This document shows positions 26,366-32,649 of a DNA stretch of 32,649 nucleotides, one piece after another; within the stretch, counting starts at the first letter, position 1, and each line of letters opens with the position of its first letter. Made by a program: the position numbers and the translations under genes. The DNA lies in IMG/VR virus record IMGVR_UViG_3300037419_000783, positions 1-32,649 of that record; one strand, written 5' to 3'. The DNA comes from a virus. Taxonomy: Duplodnaviria > Caudoviricetes. The notes under the pieces are model-generated. The model had not been told where the DNA came from. It worked only from the letters and a program-made list of their open reading frames with translations, and did not search any database.

Positions 26366-26731
26366 TTAATTTTGACGACTATTTTGCTCGCCAAAGCCTT
26401 CAGTAACCGCATCGATCTCTCCCTTGATGAGTTTCAGTCTCAACTCATCAGCTCGGTTTTCTTGTTCGACGCGGCTACAAAGATTTTCGTAACTGGCCCT
26501 GATATTTTGGAACAACGTTATGCGCGGTTCTTTGACCGCTTCAGACTTGCCGAGGAACGCGCGCACCCATGAGGCTGACGCGCCTATCGTCTGAGCGACG
26601 ACCTCATAAGCCACCATCCGGGAGCCCGTTCGGCGCTCCTCTCGTTCAACCAGAGCGCCTAAAGCGTTTCTGGTGATTGAAGTTAACGCGGCGGCACTCA
26701 TTGCTTTTTTCCTCGCAGACTTTGACAGCAC
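26366..26731 (-). CDS. CII-like HTH regulator
   Basis: AAGGAG SD plus GTG; AYEVVAQTIGASASWVRAFL HTH; position downstream of cro. Confidence 0.6.
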   Translation of the reverse strand: MLSKSARKKAMSAAALTSITRNALGALVEREERRTGSRMVAYEVVAQTIGASASWVRAFLGKSEAVKEPRITLFQNIRASYENLCSRVEQENRADELRLKLIKGEIDAVTEGFGEQNSRQN

Positions 26732-26764
26732 TCTGGAACTCCTTCATGGCACATTGCCCACGCC

Positions 26765-27004
26765 ATGAAGACACCCACACACGACAACGATAATTCGGAC
26801 ACTTGGATTGAGCTGGCGGCTGCAACCGCCAACCTGGTCCGATACCTAGAGAAAGACAGAGATCAGGAGCCAAGCGGCGGCACCGATAAGGCTCCAGAGA
26901 ATGAGGCTGACAGGCAGCGCGAACATGAGCGCGCGGTGGAGGCGGGCTTGCGACGAATCCGGATCTTCGAAGATCGGTATTCGCGCGATAGAGCCAGAAG
27001 GTAG
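26765..27004 (+). CDS. Hypothetical protein antisense to the early operon
   Basis: 79 aa; HDNDN..WIELAAATANLVRYL; fills a minus-strand gap. Confidence 0.5.
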   Translation: MKTPTHDNDNSDTWIELAAATANLVRYLEKDRDQEPSGGTDKAPENEADRQREHERAVEAGLRRIRIFEDRYSRDRARR

Positions 27005-27124
27005 GCGAATGATTTCGGTGCGCGGAATGTATTTCGTCTTCGCACCACGAGAGCCGGCAGGATGGTCGTAACGCCCCCGTCCGACGTTCTGCCGGCTCGT
27101 CTTTTTATGTTGTCGCGCAATCAT
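26846..27124 (-). CDS. Possible membrane-anchored small protein
   Basis: GGGAG SD; C-terminal hydrophobic helix; overlaps the plus-strand ORF by 159 bp. Confidence 0.35.
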   Translation of the reverse strand: MIARQHKKTSRQNVGRGRYDHPAGSRGAKTKYIPRTEIIRLPSGSIARIPIFEDPDSSQARLHRALMFALPVSLILWSLIGAAAWLLISVFL

Positions 27125-27195
27125 GCGAACGCTCCCGCGTGCAAGCGAAAAGTGCGTGAATTGTAGGGATTGCGAAAAGACAATTCTGGAGAAGC

Positions 27196-27417
27196 ATGAT
27201 GGACGTGATCGACCCGCACAATGCTCAAGAAATTTTTTTCGACGGCATTCATGAAGTGAAGATCGTCGCGGGCATCGTTCGAATTGTCCTGTACAGCAGG
27301 CAAAACGACGTTGGCACAGTCGTGGCGCGTCTCGCGCTTCCGCTCTCCGAATTGCCGGATGTTATCCAGGCGCTGGTGATTGCGCTGACAAACGCTGCAA
27401 AAACCGCGAGCCCATAA
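27196..27417 (+). CDS. Hypothetical protein (antisense paralog A)
   Basis: 73 aa; GGAG SD; protein-like beta-beta-beta-alpha pattern. Confidence 0.75.
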   Translation: MMDVIDPHNAQEIFFDGIHEVKIVAGIVRIVLYSRQNDVGTVVARLALPLSELPDVIQALVIALTNAAKTASP

Positions 27418-27564
27418 CCGGGTTGAAGTTCCTCCAAAAGGAACGGCAAAAATTGAATCAACCACAGCGCAACTTTTGTCGCATGCTCGCCGTGCGGTTT
27501 TTAACTTGTGATGGTTTCGTGACCGTGAGTAGGATGCCACTCTTTCCTGACGGAGTGGGCATGC

Positions 27565-27810
27565 ATGAACGACGAAGAATTGCTCGAGCAATCGGCTTCT
27601 GTTCCCACCATTTACTGCGATGGGCTCGGCGCATTCAGAAATATCAATGGCGCGCTGCGTTGCGTTGGATACGTCATCGGGAGCGGCGCACAAGTGAACT
27701 TGATTATTTCGCTCACGGGCGCCGATGCGGCGAACAGAGAGGTTCGGCGCATCCTCGAAGAGCCCCCCAAGAACACCACCAGCATGGATTATCTGCGGAT
27801 GGCTCATTGA
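27565..27810 (+). CDS. Hypothetical protein (antisense paralog B)
   Basis: 81 aa; GGAG SD; TTGTGA-18-TAGGAT at 27506-27535. Confidence 0.72.
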   Translation: MNDEELLEQSASVPTIYCDGLGAFRNINGALRCVGYVIGSGAQVNLIISLTGADAANREVRRILEEPPKNTTSMDYLRMAH

Positions 27811-28004
27811 GCAGCCTCAAGCGTCAGATAATCGTCAGCCGTCGAGGCGCCCTGCGTAAACTCAACGATCTTTTCAATCGTGGGCCAATCTGGCCTTACC
27901 TTCCGGCGCCGAATCCGGCTGACGGTGACGCGCGTCTTGCCGATGCCAGCCGCTACGGCGTCATCGTCAAGATTGTGAAGGGTCATGTAATCAGAGAGGT
28001 GCAT
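27804..28004 (-). CDS. cro: Cro-like HTH repressor
   Basis: 66 aa; VAAGIGKTRVTVSRIRR..RP...TIEKIVEFTQG; divergent from CI-like gene. Confidence 0.85.
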   Translation of the reverse strand: MHLSDYMTLHNLDDDAVAAGIGKTRVTVSRIRRRKVRPDWPTIEKIVEFTQGASTADDYLTLEAAQ

Positions 28005-28011
28005 GACGAGT

Positions 28012-28099
28012 GTTGTACGCTAGGCGTACAGCGTCCGTCAAGCACTTTGTACGCACGGTGTCGTTTTCACTGGGAACAGGGTCGTGCATGATGCGTACA
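28012..28099. promoter_or_regulatory. OR-like control region: three 17-bp operators and divergent promoters
   Basis: TGTACGC-TAG-GCGTACA 28014-28030; TGTACGCACGGTGTCGT 28048-28064; CGTGCATGATGCGTACA 28083-28099; minus-strand TTGACG-18-TACAAC. Confidence 0.85.
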
Positions 28100-28464
28100 T
28101 GGGAAAACGACCAGCAAAACCGGCGCCGAAGCCCCGATTGCGGCCCCTTTATCAGAAGACGTTCATCCGCGCCTGGCGGGAATACCGCGAGATGTCCCAA
28201 GAGGAACTTGCCTATAAGGTTGGCGAGTATCTAAGGGAGGCCGGGATCAGCGAGAAGGGGTACAGCTACGCCAGTATCGGCCGGATCGAGAATGGCCGGA
28301 TGCCCTATTCCCAGCCGATTATGGAGGGGATTGCTGACGCGCTCGGTGTCACAGTGGCGACCCTGATAGCCGAACCGCCGCCCCAGGAAGGCGAGGAAAT
28401 GCCGCCCGACCGGGAGACGCTTATAAAGCTCTGGAACGACGTTAGGCGCACCGTACGCCGCTAG
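28099..28464 (+). CDS. CI-like XRE repressor lacking an S24 peptidase domain
   Basis: FIRAWREYREMSQEELA...SYASIGRIENGRMPYSQPIMEGIADALGV; 121 aa from ATG 28099. Confidence 0.88.
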   Translation: MGKRPAKPAPKPRLRPLYQKTFIRAWREYREMSQEELAYKVGEYLREAGISEKGYSYASIGRIENGRMPYSQPIMEGIADALGVTVATLIAEPPPQEGEEMPPDRETLIKLWNDVRRTVRR

Positions 28465-28474
28465 ACCCTGAGTT

Positions 28475-28503
28475 AACCCGCTGATTCTGGCGGGTTTTCT
28501 TTT
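28475..28503 (+). terminator. Intrinsic terminator after the repressor gene
   Basis: AACCCGC-TGATTCTG-GCGGGTT-TTCTTTT. Confidence 0.85.
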
Positions 28504-28515
28504 GCCGAAAATAAT

Positions 28516-28568
28516 TGTACGCTGGACGTACGATTTCGCTTTACCAATATGTACGCATGGTGTACGGT
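28516..28568 (+). promoter_or_regulatory. OL/PL-like region: two operators and promoter
   Basis: TGTACGCTGGACGTACG 28516-28532; TGTACGCATGGTGTACG 28550-28566; TTTACC-17-TACGGT 28540-28568. Confidence 0.85.
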
Positions 28569-28597
28569 AGTTCCCATCAGCTCGACGGGGAAACGAC

Positions 28598-28894
28598 ATG
28601 CAGCCGCTCAACATCCGCGAAATCCTGAACTACCGCCGCAAGCCGAACCATTCGTATTTCGTGGTGATGGTCGATTATGGCCGCAAGGGCCTTGAGGCGA
28701 TCGTTGACCCCGAGATCACGCGACGAGAGGTCGTGGCCCGCATCCGTTCCGGCGAATACCAGCACGTCACGTTTATCCATCACGTAGCGGACGGCCTCGT
28801 GGAGGACGTGACCGATGCGCTGTTCGATGAAGCTGGCGCCGAGGACAAGGTGATCGTGGACCGCGCCTTTGCGCTCGCGAAGTCGGAGGCTTGA
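28598..28894 (+). CDS. Hypothetical early protein
   Basis: 98 aa; GGGG SD; first gene after the PL-like promoter. Confidence 0.8.
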   Translation: MQPLNIREILNYRRKPNHSYFVVMVDYGRKGLEAIVDPEITRREVVARIRSGEYQHVTFIHHVADGLVEDVTDALFDEAGAEDKVIVDRAFALAKSEA

Positions 28895-28895
28895 G

Positions 28896-29003
28896 ATGCC
28901 GCTTCTTTATCTCATCGGCCTCGTTGTCTTGAGCGAGGAATTCCTTTGCTGCGCTGGCTTCGGCCTGTGCTGCTTCGCCTCGCTTGCATGGGGGCTGCAA
29001 TGA
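28896..29003 (+). CDS. 35-aa hydrophobic Cys-rich peptide
   Basis: MPLLYLIGLVVLSEEFLCCAGFGLCCFASLAWGLQ; GGAGG SD; ATGA-coupled to the next gene. Confidence 0.55.
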   Translation: MPLLYLIGLVVLSEEFLCCAGFGLCCFASLAWGLQ

Positions 29004-29170
29004 CATCGCAGGAATTCGCCGATGTCCTCTTGTCGCACTGGCGGCTTCTCTGGCCGCTCCCGGCAGCAGAGCGCATCAAGCGGATCGATGAAATCCGCGC
29101 CGACATGGAATTCGAAGAGCAACAGCAGTCCGTCGCCGAGGCGATGGCCGAACCGGAGCTAGCAGCATGA
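29000..29170 (+). CDS. Hypothetical protein (56 aa)
   Basis: MTSQEFAD...; ATGA overlaps at both ends. Confidence 0.65.
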   Translation: MTSQEFADVLLSHWRLLWPLPAAERIKRIDEIRADMEFEEQQQSVAEAMAEPELAA

Positions 29171-29976
29171 ATTTGCCCGCAGAGAACGTCCGCCAGATCG
29201 AAGGCCCGACTTCCAAGCTTCCCGTGCAGTCCGAGGGCGCCGCCGTGCTCGGCATGATCGAGCGGGTTGCTCGCGACCCCAGCGCCGACATGGACAAAAT
29301 GATGCAGCTCATGAGCTGGCGGAAGGAGATCGTCGCCGAGCAGAAGCGCGCTGCGTTTGACGAGGCGATGGCCGCAGCAAAGGCCGAGATCCCTGTCATT
29401 CGGAAGAACCGCCGCGTTGGCTTCGATACCAAGGGCGGCGACCGTACCGAATATAATCACGAGGACATGGGTGAGATCGCCCGCACGGTCGATCCGATCC
29501 TCGCCAAATTCGGCCTGTCTTACCGCTTCCGCGTCTCGTCCGAGGTCAACGCGCCCGTGATGGTGACATGCGTTGTGTCACATCGTGACGGCCATTTCGA
29601 GGAAACCACACTCACCGCAGGCCGCGACGACAGCGGCAAGAAGAATGCCATTCAGCAGGTTGGCTCAACGATCACATACTTGCAGCGATACACGCTCAAG
29701 GCTGCGCTAGGTCTTGCGGCGGCTGCCGACGACGACGGCCGCAGCAGCGAGCAGTCAGAGGAAGAGCCGTATACGCCGCCTCCCGGCTCGATCAGCGATG
29801 AGGAGGCCATGAATATCCGCGACGCGCTTGAAGCCAAGGGCGCCAGCCAAGCTGCATTCATCCAGTGGGCCGCCGGCAAGGGTTTCTTCCAAGGCCGCAA
29901 GAAGCTCATCGCCGAGATTCCGGCCGAGCGCTACGACGCCTGCATGGTCGCCATCGCTGGTTTCAAGAAGGGCTGA
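29167..29976 (+). CDS. erf: ERF-family ssDNA annealing protein
   Basis: DPILAKFGLSY; HRDGH; QQVGSTITYLQRYTLKAALGL..DDDG signature. Confidence 0.92.
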   Translation: MNLPAENVRQIEGPTSKLPVQSEGAAVLGMIERVARDPSADMDKMMQLMSWRKEIVAEQKRAAFDEAMAAAKAEIPVIRKNRRVGFDTKGGDRTEYNHEDMGEIARTVDPILAKFGLSYRFRVSSEVNAPVMVTCVVSHRDGHFEETTLTAGRDDSGKKNAIQQVGSTITYLQRYTLKAALGLAAAADDDGRSSEQSEEEPYTPPPGSISDEEAMNIRDALEAKGASQAAFIQWAAGKGFFQGRKKLIAEIPAERYDACMVAIAGFKKG

Positions 29977-29979
29977 ACC

Positions 29980-30621
29980 ATGGAAATCTTTGACGTTGAA
30001 CAGAATTCGGACGCCTGGCTTCGCGCCAGGATGGGAATTCCGACAGCCTCTTGCTTCAGCCAGATATTGGCGAAGGGCGAAGGTAAGACCCGGCGTTCCT
30101 ACATGCTCAAGCTGGCCGGTGAAATCATCACTGGCGAGCCGATGGAAGGCTTTTCCAATGAGCACACCGAGCGCGGCCATGTATTGGAGCCGGAAGCCCG
30201 CGACCTTTACCAGCTCAACACGGGCGCGGAGTTGCGCCGCGTTGGCTTCGTCAAGAATGGTCGCGTCGGATGTTCGCCGGACTCGCTCATTGGGGAAGAT
30301 GGCGGCTTGGAGATCAAGACCAAGCTCCCTCACCTCTTAATTGACCTGATCCTGAAGAACGAATTCCCATCCGAGCATAAGGCCCAGGTTCAGGGGACGC
30401 TCTGGATCACCAAGCGCGAGTGGTGGGATCTGGTCGTCTATTGGCGCGGCATCCCGCAATTCGTCAAGCGCGCCTATCGTGATGAGGGGTACATAGCCAA
30501 TCTGGCTGGCGCCGTAAACGCATTCAACGAGGAGCTGGATAACGTCGTCAAGACGATCCGCACGCACGGCGGCGAAAGCACCCTCGCCGACGACCTCAAG
30601 AAAGCAGCGGAGGCCGCGTGA
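29980..30621 (+). CDS. YqaJ/lambda-exonuclease family protein
   Basis: EQNSDAWLRARMGIPTAS; GCSPDSL..GGLEIK; AQVQG. Confidence 0.93.
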   Translation: MEIFDVEQNSDAWLRARMGIPTASCFSQILAKGEGKTRRSYMLKLAGEIITGEPMEGFSNEHTERGHVLEPEARDLYQLNTGAELRRVGFVKNGRVGCSPDSLIGEDGGLEIKTKLPHLLIDLILKNEFPSEHKAQVQGTLWITKREWWDLVVYWRGIPQFVKRAYRDEGYIANLAGAVNAFNEELDNVVKTIRTHGGESTLADDLKKAAEAA

Positions 30622-31034
30622 TGAGCCGCGCTCTCCTGACGCTCGATAGCACAGCCAAGCGCGAGCAGGCGATCGACTGGATTCGCAAGGCGAAGACTGG
30701 AAGCCGCGTCGAGTTCAAGGGACCGTCGCGTAGTCTGGATCAGAACTCGCGCTTCTGGGCCATGTTAACGGATTGCGCCGTGCAGGGCCGCATCAACGAT
30801 CGCCGCTTCAATACCGAGCAGTGGAAGACCATGTTCATGGCCGCGTATGCGGAAGAGCGTGGCATCGAGATCAAGTACCTGCCTGCCCTCAACCGCGCCG
30901 GGATGATCCCTTGTGGTCGATCTTCATCCGATCTGTCCGTGCATGAAATGTCCGAACTGATGGAGTGGATCGCGGCCTGGGGCGCTGAGAACGGCATCAA
31001 GTTCCATGATCAAGAGGAGCTTGAGGAAGCATGA
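30618..31034 (+). CDS. ninB: NinB/Orf-family recombination protein
   Basis: RSLDQNSRFWAML...WKTMF...SSSDLSVHEMSELMEWI.AWGAENGIKF. Confidence 0.9.
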   Translation: MMSRALLTLDSTAKREQAIDWIRKAKTGSRVEFKGPSRSLDQNSRFWAMLTDCAVQGRINDRRFNTEQWKTMFMAAYAEERGIEIKYLPALNRAGMIPCGRSSSDLSVHEMSELMEWIAAWGAENGIKFHDQEELEEA

Positions 31035-31393
31035 GCCGCGCAACGCCAGAGTGGATCGGAGCATCTGATGATCAGGCAATTCCTGCGCGAGTTAAGGTCC
31101 GCATTTTCGATCGGTGTGGCGGCCAGTGTCGCAACTGTACGCTCCCCATCCGGGGCAAGTTGCGTCCTGCCTACGATCATATCCAGGCGCTTATCAACGG
31201 CGGAAGCCATCGGGAATCTAACCTGCAGCTGCTCTGCGTGCCGTGCCATGCAATCAAGACAAAGGCAGATGTCGCGGAGAAGTCGGTGACGGCTCGCAAG
31301 CGCGCCAAGCATCTAGGCATCAAGAAGCCTCGCACCATTCGCACCTGGCGCCGCTTCAATGGCGAGATCGTTCACGCAGAAAGGGACCGCTAA
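31031..31393 (+). CDS. HNH endonuclease
   Basis: CRNC...YDHIQALINGG.HRESNLQLLCVPCH..KT. Confidence 0.92.
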   Translation: MSRATPEWIGASDDQAIPARVKVRIFDRCGGQCRNCTLPIRGKLRPAYDHIQALINGGSHRESNLQLLCVPCHAIKTKADVAEKSVTARKRAKHLGIKKPRTIRTWRRFNGEIVHAERDR

Positions 31394-31500
31394 TGTACGA
31401 GGGACCACACGGACAAGTCGGCGCAGCATATGCCGTGACGTTCTGGATCATGTTTGCGGTGGTGGTCATCATCGCGCTCGCGATCAGTCTGAGGGCTTAG
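31393..31500 (+). CDS. 35-aa single-TM protein
   Basis: MYEGPHGQVGAAYAVTFWIMFAVVVIIALAISLRA; TAATG coupling. Confidence 0.55.
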   Translation: MYEGPHGQVGAAYAVTFWIMFAVVVIIALAISLRA

Positions 31501-31502
31501 AC

Positions 31503-31610
31503 ATGGGCCGGGTCAGTCAGATCTCAATCTGGATTTTCATCGCGACGAGCGCGGCAGGTCTGCTGATGGCTTTGATCGTCAACGGGCTGATGGCGCTGGC
31601 GGGTCAGTAG
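31503..31610 (+). CDS. 35-aa single-TM protein
   Basis: MGRVSQISIWIFIATSAAGLLMALIVNGLMALAGQ; GAGG SD. Confidence 0.55.
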   Translation: MGRVSQISIWIFIATSAAGLLMALIVNGLMALAGQ

Positions 31611-31655
31611 TGACGCTACGGGAGGGCGGTGGCCCTCATTTTACAGGGGAAATTC

Positions 31656-32072
31656 ATGACCACGATTGAAGACATCTACGCCGCAATCAACCCGCTGCCA
31701 GCCATGCTGACGGCCAAGGGAAAGGTCAAGCCAGAGGTTTCTCTGGTGATCGAGGCGAACGCCGGGTTCGCCATTTCCATGAACTGGGATAAGCGGCATG
31801 CGCGCTATAGCTACGAGCGCGACTATAAGACCTTGGTGGGGTCGAGTTTTGAAGAGGCTCTCGGCAAGGCCATCTCCTTCATCAACGAGCTTCCGTCCGC
31901 TGACCAGGCCAAACTCCACGAGTTCATGGGCGCGCTCGGAAAGCTGATCGACTCTGGCCGCGCTGACGGTATCGCAGTCGATTACATGAATCCGCTGCTC
32001 GACACGATGAAGCGGCTCTCCGAAAACGTCATCACCTATATCCCCAAGCCGACGCAGGTGCTCCATGACTAG
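31656..32072 (+). CDS. Hypothetical protein (138 aa)
   Basis: AGGGG SD before ATG 31656. Confidence 0.75.
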   Translation: MTTIEDIYAAINPLPAMLTAKGKVKPEVSLVIEANAGFAISMNWDKRHARYSYERDYKTLVGSSFEEALGKAISFINELPSADQAKLHEFMGALGKLIDSGRADGIAVDYMNPLLDTMKRLSENVITYIPKPTQVLHD

Positions 32073-32283
32073 CAAAATGGAGGCGTGGGCGCCTTGGCAC
32101 CCGACCTATGGATTCCAGGACGAGTTCATGGCGGCCACCTGGGTTTCAACTGATCTGGACGACATCGCTCAGCGGGTGAAGCGCCTCAATCAGGACGACA
32201 AGACCAACAACCGAAATGGCTGGCGCGCGGTGAAGGTGACTCTCGCACTCTCATCGCCTCACGGAGCCACTCCATGCGCCTAG
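32065..32283 (+). CDS. Hypothetical protein
   Basis: 72 aa; AGGT SD; overlaps the previous stop. Confidence 0.65.
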   Translation: MTSKMEAWAPWHPTYGFQDEFMAATWVSTDLDDIAQRVKRLNQDDKTNNRNGWRAVKVTLALSSPHGATPCA

Positions 32284-32402
32284 CCATCTCTTTGTGTGCA
32301 GCATACGTGCTCGCGGTCGCGGCGCTGACTGGCCCGTTGAAGGCCTTTGTGCCTGACTGCCCCGTCACTTTTGGCTTCTGCTACGAAAGGGCATCGCGAT
32401 GA
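32274..32402 (+). CDS. 42-aa signal-peptide-like small protein
   Basis: MRLAISLCAAYVLAVAALTGPLKAFVPDCPVTFGFCYERASR; GGAG SD. Confidence 0.45.
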   Translation: MRLAISLCAAYVLAVAALTGPLKAFVPDCPVTFGFCYERASR

Positions 32403-32436
32403 CCAACCCTATGTCGCCCTCTTCCGCTGGGAGCGC

Positions 32437-32595
32437 TCAACCCCTCTTCTCGCGCCTCTTCAATTCTTTCTCGACCGCGACGCGGATGAACTCCGCAGCC
32501 GGCTCTTTGTCCTCCAGAACCGCCTGGATGCGCGCCTTTGTCCCTTCCGGGAACCTGGCCGGGATTTGTTCGAAGTTCACTTGGGGTCTGCTCAT
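32437..32595 (-). CDS. Ribbon-helix-helix (Arc/CopG-like) regulator
   Basis: QIPARFPEGTKARIQAVL....AAEFIRVAVEKELKRR; 52 aa from ATG 32595. Confidence 0.8.
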   Translation of the reverse strand: MSRPQVNFEQIPARFPEGTKARIQAVLEDKEPAAEFIRVAVEKELKRREKRG

Positions 32596-32602
32596 GCCGA
32601 CC

Positions 32603-32631
32603 CTTATAGATGATATCACGTATTGTTACAA
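32603..32631 (-). promoter_or_regulatory. Promoter of the RHH gene with palindromic operator
   Basis: TTGTAA-17-TATAAG, 7 nt to ATG; TGATATCA palindrome 32611-32618 in the spacer. Confidence 0.72.
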
Positions 32632-32649
32632 GGGCCAAAATAACATGAT

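Larger units (their letters stand above)
1..32649. mobile_element. Temperate podovirus-like phage/prophage, partial; both ends lie outside the window
   Basis: Contiguous lysis, tail, head, packaging, replication, immunity and recombination modules; no host housekeeping genes. Confidence 0.97.

Noticed and set aside
26690-26765. CII-type direct-repeat site and PRE promoter at the start of the CII-like gene
   Set aside because: TTGACA is present at 26722, but I found no convincing -10 or tetramer repeat, so it was not called
27495-27520. CtrA box (TTAA-N7-TTAA)
   Set aside because: Only half-sites here and at the other intergenic TTAA positions I checked (near 15 and 28473)
27423-28091. 222-aa plus-strand ORF crossing cro
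   Set aside because: TTG start without SD; overlaps the better 81-aa ORF out of frame; Arg-rich composition

Overview
The whole window is one temperate-type phage or prophage of an alphaproteobacterium. The host is probably Hyphomicrobiales/Bradyrhizobium-like, inferred from the GapR- and GcrA-like genes and the high GC content. Organisation is lambdoid/P22-like with podovirus morphogenesis. On the minus strand, right to left: cro; CII-like and small early genes; GapR; a replication initiator with internal iterons; a LuxR-HTH protein; a NusG-like antiterminator; a highly structured leader; terminases, portal, scaffold, capsid and decoration; adaptor, nozzle, GNAT and three ejection proteins; tail fibre genes; a lysis cassette. 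On the plus strand: a short CI-like repressor flanked by 17-bp operators, then ERF, YqaJ exonuclease, NinB, HNH and small genes. No integrase, att site, tRNA or CRISPR is visible. The most unusual observations are: (i) a tail-fibre-motif protein and a SASA esterase in the tail module both carry Sec-type signal peptides and paired cysteines, suggesting export and extracytoplasmic maturation of virion appendages; (ii) a KOW-less NusG paralog with an Arg/Lys tail sits directly upstream of a ~270-nt multi-hairpin, terminator-rich leader; (iii) several antisense cassettes are spanned by ATGA-coupled 'bridge' ORFs. All protein calls come from motif recognition and synteny by eye; no database searches were run.
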